Source: Chrysomallon squamiferum (taxonomy: Eukaryota; Animalia; Mollusca). Taken from it: a DNA stretch of 64,000 bases. Made by a program: the position numbers and the translations under genes. The notes beneath the pieces were generated by a model. It was not told where the DNA came from, did not search any database, and saw only the letters and a program-made list of their open reading frames with translations. The stretch is taken from assembly GCA_012295275.1 (NCBI GenBank), contig CM022678.1:15810001-15874000 (forward strand), written 5' to 3'. Shown piece by piece: positions 60,452 through 64,000 of this stretch (the first letter of the stretch is position 1; each line of letters opens with the position of its first letter).

Positions 60452-62606
60452 AACACACACACACACACACACACAAAACACAAGATATATACATTCAATT
60501 ACATGCAAAAACATGAACACATAATACACGCTGACATACAAATATTCAAAATATGCACAAATATACAAAACTGGACAAAAATGCAAATTCATATACATAT
60601 CCAAACATAAACACAGGATTTTATACAAGCACATACAAACCACATAAACACCAGCATACTATAACCATCATACACAAATATATTCACATTACATTTGTAT
60701 CAAAGTATCTATTTATTTACCTTTCCACAAGTGTATTTAACACTCAGTTAAAGATAAAAATGTAGTTTGCGAAACTTGTATACAGTCTGTTTTATATTTC
60801 TTACAACACAAGTAACCTCAGCTGATTTGATAATATCTACACCTAAGTACCTGTATAACAGGTAGAGTGGAAGGTTTCTTGGAAAACGCTAAGTCACTGT
60901 TAGCAGAAAGTAAACATGAAAGCGAGAACCAAAGTCCGCTAAAGATTTTTATTTCTACTTATAAAAAAAATTTAATTAAATAACAAAACTTCAATTTTTA
61001 TTAATGAATATTGTGAAACAATATACTTGTTATGTACTGTTTGATGAATTTATGAATATAGATTTAGAATCTAACATAAATTATTAATAATAATTTTTTT
61101 GTTAATGAAAGAATATTTTAAAATATACAGTGTTACGCAATATATATATTTATAAACGCTTTCTTAATAGAAAACTTTTAAGGTAGTTCCATGACTTTAG
61201 ACATATGAGAAAAAAATAATAAAAGAAAAAAGAAATTGCATTATTTCATCATGCAGAGGGTCAAAATTTCATCATAAAACTGCTAATTTGCAGAAAAAGC
61301 CTGAAGATGCTTGTGGACTCAAATTTTTTTCTCATAGTTTTGCTATCAACATATAATTTCAAGGTTTCAGACTAACCAAGAATAGGACAAATGAGGCTAT
61401 TAAATCTCCCTAAAATTCCTAATTCATAGAAAAAACCCAAAAATTCCTGCTGACTGGATTTTTTTCATCAACGTTTTGCCATCAACATATAATTTCAAGG
61501 CTACAGACTATCTATGAAGAGGACTATTAAGCCTATTAAATCACCCACACCAAACTGGCCTTCCAAGGAGGTGAAGATCTTCTGCATTAAAGAGAAGATG
61601 AAGAAAAATCTGCTGCCAACCAGCATGATCAATGAAAGCTTTATCTGGGAAGGGGGGAGCTTCAGGATGATGCAGGTCTTTCCCAGTTAATTTTTATTGA
61701 ATCAATAGCACGTGAAACTGCAAAATCCTCAAAGGTTTTGATATAATTTAAAAGTTAAAAGTCATCAAATCCACATCATGATCATGACTGTACATTAAAA
61801 TGTTTTTCTCATCACAGCAGTGCTACAAACACAGACTTCATTTTATGACAAAATGTAACACATGTAATGGTATGTATTAATTTTCCAACAGTTTGTTTCA
61901 AGCTGAATTATAACTGGTAGTTTACAACAGACAGATACCTGCACTACCTTCATTTAAAAGTTTCATACTATCAGGAAATAAAATTAGTTGTTTCTTTTTA
62001 CCCATGTCCTTTTTCAGTGAGAAAAATTTAGTTCTGTGCCGCTCCTCACTCTATCTCTCTCTTTGATTGTGTATGAATGTGTGTGTGTGTGTGTGTGTGT
62101 GTTTGTGTTTCTTCTCTACGTAATTCTCTTTCATTGCTTACCTCTTTTTATATATCTTTCTCTCTTTAAGTAGCTCATTTTCTCCCTTACTTTCTCACTC
62201 TTACTTTCTCTCTCTCACTTTCTCATTCTTTTTCTTTCATTCTCTCTCTTTCTCTCAGTTTCTCACTGTCTCACTCTCCTTTACTGACAGTGTCATTACT
62301 ACATCATTTTATGTTATGTCTATCTGTAATTATCTTTTTCCTGTGAAACCAAATAGATTTGGACACAGGCAAGTCTCTTACACAGGTACAGGTTCCTGGG
62401 TACCACTCCAGCAATCAGCAGAAATGGACTGACATCCAGCCACTCTGAATATACCAACTATCATCATGGAACTGCCCTTTATAATTTGTTTATCACCAAT
62501 AATGTGACCACTTACTTTAATGTATCAGCAAAAAAATGAAACAACTGTTTAACTATTTAGTTTCAAGAGTTTATTTGAATTTTATTGTTGTTGATTTCTT
62601 TGGTTT

Positions 62607-62656
<50 letters not shown>

Positions 62657-63606
62657 ATTCTTATTTTTGGTTTTGTTGTGTTTTGGGTTTTTTTTAATCA
62701 CCTTACTGTATTAAATAATATTTTTTACTTCTATTATTGTTAACACACACGCACACACAAACAGACACACACACAGACACACAAATATACACACACAAAA
62801 TTTAATAGTTCACTGTAAATGCACATTAGTTTCTTACTACTAATAAAAACATTTAAAAAATGTGTAAAGTTAATATCAGTTAAGTAGCTAATGTGAGCAG
62901 AATGAAATATTAATGTCTGAGTATGGCAGATTAAGCAGCTGAGAAATGTTAAGTCACAAGATTATGAGAAACGTAACATACACTCTCAGTGACTTGCTTT
63001 GTTCACCTTATTTACCACTTCTTAACAATGTCTGTAATATAAGTATGTCTAACAAATTCATACACTCTGTTAAGTTTTTGTTTGCTTTATCTACTTGCTC
63101 GGAGTATCTGTAAAATAATGCTAAATGTCTAATAAACTTGTACACAGTGTTTTTAACAGTTTCATATAGGTTTTCACCTTGTTCACGGGTTTTTGAGCAT
63201 GACTAATGCAAATGTGCGACGTGTCTAATGAATTCAAACATTAACTTTATTTTTGATTTTTATTTGCTTCTTTTGTTTAACACATTATCGACTGGTTTCT
63301 AAGATCATTGGAATATATGTGTGTGTAACAAATAAATATTTACTGTAGTGTTAACAATTTTATGTGAGATAAAACTTTTTTTATTCACTACTGCTGTTGT
63401 TTTATGAAAGCTTCTTTATCACCATAAATTTCTGTTTCTTACATTTTATATATATATATATATGTATGTATGTATGTATGAATGTATGTATGTATGTTTG
63501 TGTGTATGTATGTATATATGTGTCTGTATGTGTCTGTGTGTGTATACATACATACATACATACACATACACACCTAATCATTTGTTTATATTTTCTTTTT
63601 TCACAG

Positions 63607-64000
63607 AGTGCCAGCTCAGAGATAAATGAACTTTTTAAAGGCAATGATCACGAGTCACCAGAAAATGTGCCGGACGAGCAGACGTCAGAGACGAAGTCGC
63701 AGGTCGACACTGACTCCGAGGCCGAAGCTGTCATCGAAATCTGCAAACAGCCGCAGCACATCGAGAACGACATCGAGACAACCATCACGGAATTCCTCGA
63801 TGAGTTCGGTCCCTTCTTCTCCACTGAGGTGACGGGAAATGCGTTCATAACGAGGAAGCTGCAGGACAAGCTGGTGAAGATCTCTCAGTGGATTGGCGGC
63901 AAGCTGCAGTCAGAGAGAGACGGCTGGGCTAACAAGCTCAAAATGGCCATGCAGGAAATCGAGAACCAGCGCAAGTCTGCTCTGCAGTCCTCGGCTGTCA
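63607..64000 (+). CDS. Internal coding exon of an unidentified gene, truncated by the window end
   Basis: Polypyrimidine tract plus CACAG acceptor at 63606, abrupt GC rise, and an open frame SASSEINELFKG...TITEFLDEFGPFFSTEVTGNAFITRKLQDKLVKISQWIGGKLQSERDGWANKLKMAMQEIENQRK... with strong G/C third-position bias. Confidence 0.8.

Noticed and set aside
61300-61690. Short direct duplication and a GC-richer stretch that might be an exon
   Set aside because: No recognisable translation or convincing paired splice sites.

Overview
Very AT-rich, microsatellite-laden eukaryotic DNA with GT-AG introns. It looks like an invertebrate animal, possibly a mollusc, but that is inferred only from composition and gene style. 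Most ORF-track entries are repeat artefacts. Real content, left to right: (1) the 5' half of a secreted GH18 chitinase gene (minus strand, about 66-5228; one exon is garbled inside a CA-repeat tract). (2) A ~45-kb array of four segmental duplicates (about 5955-50600). Each carries a minus-strand tyrosine-kinase-like (TKL) kinase gene with a non-RD catalytic loop (HCD) and a variable number of N-terminal YxDNxxNRxxxRVG repeats. The third copy has lost its repeat block and triplicated its kinase module into catalytically dead (HCN) domains, joined by what looks like a new in-frame splice donor, giving a tandem pseudokinase. (3) A minus-strand gene for a coiled-coil plus disordered protein with many TQT-like motifs (47946 to >53534), whose 3' part was co-duplicated twice into the array. 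(4) An unidentified plus-strand coding exon running off the window end. Also present: a Mutator-like transposon relic, a hAT-type MITE, several minisatellites, and repeated promoter modules with GAS/IRF/ETS-like motifs. All exon structures were read by eye from splice sites and phase; no searches were run.
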